A stretch of 51,013 bases of DNA from Saprolegnia diclina VS20 (taxonomy: Eukaryota). Location: NCBI RefSeq assembly GCF_000281045.1, contig NW_008246192.1, positions 1 through 51,013 on the forward strand. Reading direction: 5' to 3'. Shown here piece by piece: positions 47,734 through 51,013 of the stretch. Positions within the stretch are counted from its first letter, which is position 1; every line of letters starts with the position of its first letter. Made by a program: the position numbers and the translations under genes. The notes beneath the pieces are model-generated. The model searched no databases. It had not been told where the DNA came from and worked only from the letters and a program-made list of their open reading frames with translations.

Positions 47734-50501
47734 CTAAACGAACGCAGCGATCGCATTGACCACGAGCAGCGTCGCGCCATCAAAGATGTACTTGGGCGCA
47801 AAGATGGCCCAGACAAAGAGGTGGCGACGCATGCAGCCGACAAAGATCGTCGTGCACGTCGCTGCGAGGCTGAAGAGAGCCAATATGACGCGCCTGTCGA
47901 GCGCTGTCGTTGCCAGCAGCGGGAGCCCGACGAGGAAGCTCCCAAACGTATTGAGAAACAGCAGCAGCCCGGACCGGAAGAACGCAAAGTCCTCGAACCC
48001 CACAAACGCCGCTGCGTTCTGGAGACTGCTAAAGCCGTTGTGGTGGCCGGTCGCAAAGTAGAAGTGGTACACGAGCAAGGCCGAGAGGAGGCGGCGGCGC
48101 AGCGTCGGCGGCAGGTCCAGGCCGGCGAGCAGCCGAGCTTCAACCACGAAGCAGCCAATCGCAGCCGGCGCCGTGGGCCCGAGAAGCAGCGTCAGCACGA
48201 TGAGGAGCGACGGGACGGACGCGTGGAGCGCACCGGAGACGAGGCAGCCGGCGTAGACCAAGCGTGGCAGCAAGAGCGGGCTCAGCTCCAGCCAGTAGAG
48301 CCCAACGAGAAGCCAGAGCAGACCATAGTGACGGCCATATCGCATGACGCTGTCAATGGCGAGGCCACTGAGCGGCAGCCACGTCCCGAGAAGCGACGTC
48401 GTTGAAAACACAATGTTGGGCCGCGAGAGGCCGACGCTGACGCGGTGAACGACGCAGAGGAGCGCAAAACGCCACTGACTCGAGCGCGGCCCCTGCAGCA
48501 CGTCGAGGCCGAGCACGACGAGCGCGGACGACGCAAGGAAGCCGACGACCTTGTCCTGCACAACAAGGTAGCTGTTGGAGAAGAGCGCGAGGAGGTGGCA
48601 GAGGCCAAAGAAGAGGCATGTGATGTTGGCGCGGGAGACGCCAAAGTGCTTGGGACGGCGCCATATAGCGCTGCGGGCAAGAGCCGCAACCAGCCCGAGC
48701 GACGCGCAGAGGGCGGTGCGGGGCAGCGGCGCGGCAGGGACGACCGCGTGCGGCACGAGCGCCCAGGGCCAGAGGTGCCCGAGAAGCGCACCGACGCTTG
48801 GCCCGACGAGAAGATGAGGACTTGGAGCAAACGAGAGCGCGTCGTCGGGCACGCAGAGAGCGATCGACAAGAGCGTGCCACAGAGGAGGACGAGGACGCC
48901 CCAGCCCATCGCGACAAAGTCAAACTGCGTGTACATGGCCCGGCTCAGGTCCAGGGCGTCGCGGAGGTACGCGTGGAGGAGGTCGTAGCGCGCGCGGGGG
49001 CTCAGCTGTGGCTCGTGGAGCGCCGCGTACGTGGCTTCGAGCGACAGCATCGCGGGCAAATCCATGCGAATCGTGCTCGTGGCCATAAAGTAGTGGCGTA
49101 TCTGCGCCACGTTGACGGTCATCGCTTCGTTGAGCCGGCGAAAGCACTCGTCAATGTCCATGGCGGCTACGAGACAACCACATGAATCCACGTTTTGTCG
49201 GGGCACATATCCATACGGGACGTGAAAAAGACGTGCGGGATCACAGCGCCGAGGTTCCCAAACGGAATTGGCAGCCCAAGCAAAAGCGACAGCGTCGGCA
49301 CCAAGTCGACCTGGACTCGGAATTTGTTAGTTAGTAGAAACGCAGCATTGTAGTCGAGAGACTACCTGGGCGACAGTAAACTCGTTGCTGCGGCGGCCGA
49401 CCACGTGGTTGAAGAGCGAGAGCGTGCCGCCGTCGGGCGTCGCGATCGCGTGGTGCAGCGGCGTCTTGCTGTACAGAAAGAGCGCGGCGCCGGTCTCGTC
49501 GTCGGTCGCGCCGCCGTGATTGCCCTCTTCCGACATGCCATGGTCGCCAAGTACAACCTAAGAACCTATTGCCATCTGCGCCTTTGGATGTGCATCGACG
49601 TACGACGAGCGTATCGTCCTCGACGGTCGCCAAGAGCGTCTCGAGGAAGGCGTCCATTTGGTCGAGTTTCGTCTCCATATATGGCGAGCTGGGCCCGTAC
49701 GTATGCCCGACGTGGTCAACGCCTACAGGTAGCCTTCCTGTGAGCACGATGGTGCGCATGAGACGCGACCGAGGAAGTGGGCGATGAGGACGTCCCAGTC
49801 GGGCAACGCGAGCTCGTCAAAGATGTGGGCGAGCACGCCGTTGTCGACGGTGTGGAGGTCCTTGACGTTGAACGAGTCGTACGAGTAGTTGCGCGTAAAC
49901 TTGCCGCCGTAGAGCGCATCCCACGTGTTATCGCCCATAAAGACGATGCTCTTGTTGAGCAGCACGAGCTGCTGCACCCAGCTGTCCTCGACGATCTCGG
50001 TGCTCTGCATGTTGTCTTTGATGTCGAGAAACGTCGGGAGCGTCCCCGTCGTCAAGCCCTTAAGCCTACATGCGTCATCGTGCGTGACGCCATGGCAACG
50101 CGGCGGACGTACCGCTGCATGGTCATCGTCGGCGCGTCGGCCACGAAGCGGTACAGGAGGCTGTGCGAGGGCTGCGCTGCCAATACCGCGTGGACGTGCG
50201 GAAGGTGGTTGAGGAAGAAGCGCCCGCCAATGCTGTCTTTCGCCAGCACCTCGTCCTTCGGCGCGCGGTGCATAAAGTCGTACCGAAGCGCGTCGATGAC
50301 GACGTAGACAACGCGCTTGAACTTTTGGTCGTACCAGCAGCCGGGCGACGCAGCCGACCGCCGGAGGTGCGAAGGACCCGGCGGGTCGCACGCGCTCGCG
50401 TCCTTGACTTCGTAGCGCGTGAGGAAGAAGCCGCTCGTGAAGAGGAAGAGGCCCGCGCCATGCAGCGCCAGGAGCGCGACAAGCCCGACTGTCGCGCGCA
50501 T
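47734..50501 (-). CDS. PIGO: GPI ethanolamine-phosphate transferase 3 (PIG-O/Gpi13; spliced)
   Basis: [82 protein letters not shown]. Confidence 0.93.
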
Positions 50502-51013
50502 AAAGCTAAGGGGAGTGTGCCTAGATATGGCATTTGCCGTGTTATATAAGTGGCGTGTCAATAGATGTGGCATCTGCCGCTTTCGATCCACATGGTCGAA
50601 AATCGAAAATTGTTCCGAAATCGAAAAAGTGTAGAAAAATCAAGTCGCTGATTTCGCATCGTCTTGGCAAGTGTGTGAGCAGCTGCGGAACTGGCCTCCA
50701 TAGCTGGCCACGAAGCTGGCCTCCATGGCTGACCCAGCCCTGGCTGGTGGCCTCCATGTCTTGCGGCGCCGGCATTTCACAAGAAGAGGACAAGAGGAGG
50801 ACACCCAGCTTGCCAGCGTACGTAGCTGCCTCCAGAGGAGGATCGGGTGCGGATTGTTGTGGCACTCGTGAGACGAGCGTCCGAAAAGCGCTGGCACTTG
50901 GACAGCGCGCTGGTATTACCACTGACCCAGTCGCGCCGCTGGCCTGCTTGGTGCACATGCTTTGAGGAGGATCTTGTGGCAAAGGAGCTCCGTGTATTCG
51001 CTCAATGATGGGC

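Overview
Eukaryotic DNA, GC-rich and gene-dense, with many very short (about 37-67 nt) GT-AG introns. It is most consistent with an oomycete, probably Saprolegniales. That is an inference from the intron size, GC3-biased codons, the flagellar gene IFT52 and a Cys-type bZIP. From about 11 kb to the end the window is a compact housekeeping block: CHMP1, AP-3 delta, RPLP2, two CANT1-type apyrases, UDP-glucose dehydrogenase, LSm7, DIM1, RsmH/METTL15, FEX fluoride exporter, tandem-PH protein, peroxisomal carnitine acyltransferase, a CID-cyclin-RS fusion, DDX41, GET1-like, scramblase-like, bZIP, SLC34, IFT52, a BT1 transporter, a transcriptional cyclin, a CS-domain protein and PIG-O. The first ~10.5 kb is accessory or decaying. 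It holds gene relics (including a frameshifted LENG1/Cir_N-like copy), an orphan terminal exon, and a large spliced gene with a bacterial/phage-type ParB N-terminal domain. The best candidates for new biology are (1) the ParB-domain gene, (2) the CID-cyclin protein with SPRK heptad repeats and an RS tail, and (3) two differently targeted apyrases, one next to UGDH and one next to an SLC34 with His-substituted signature motifs. No rRNA, intact tRNA, CRISPR array or recognisable transposase was seen. All family calls come from motif recognition by eye, not from database searches.
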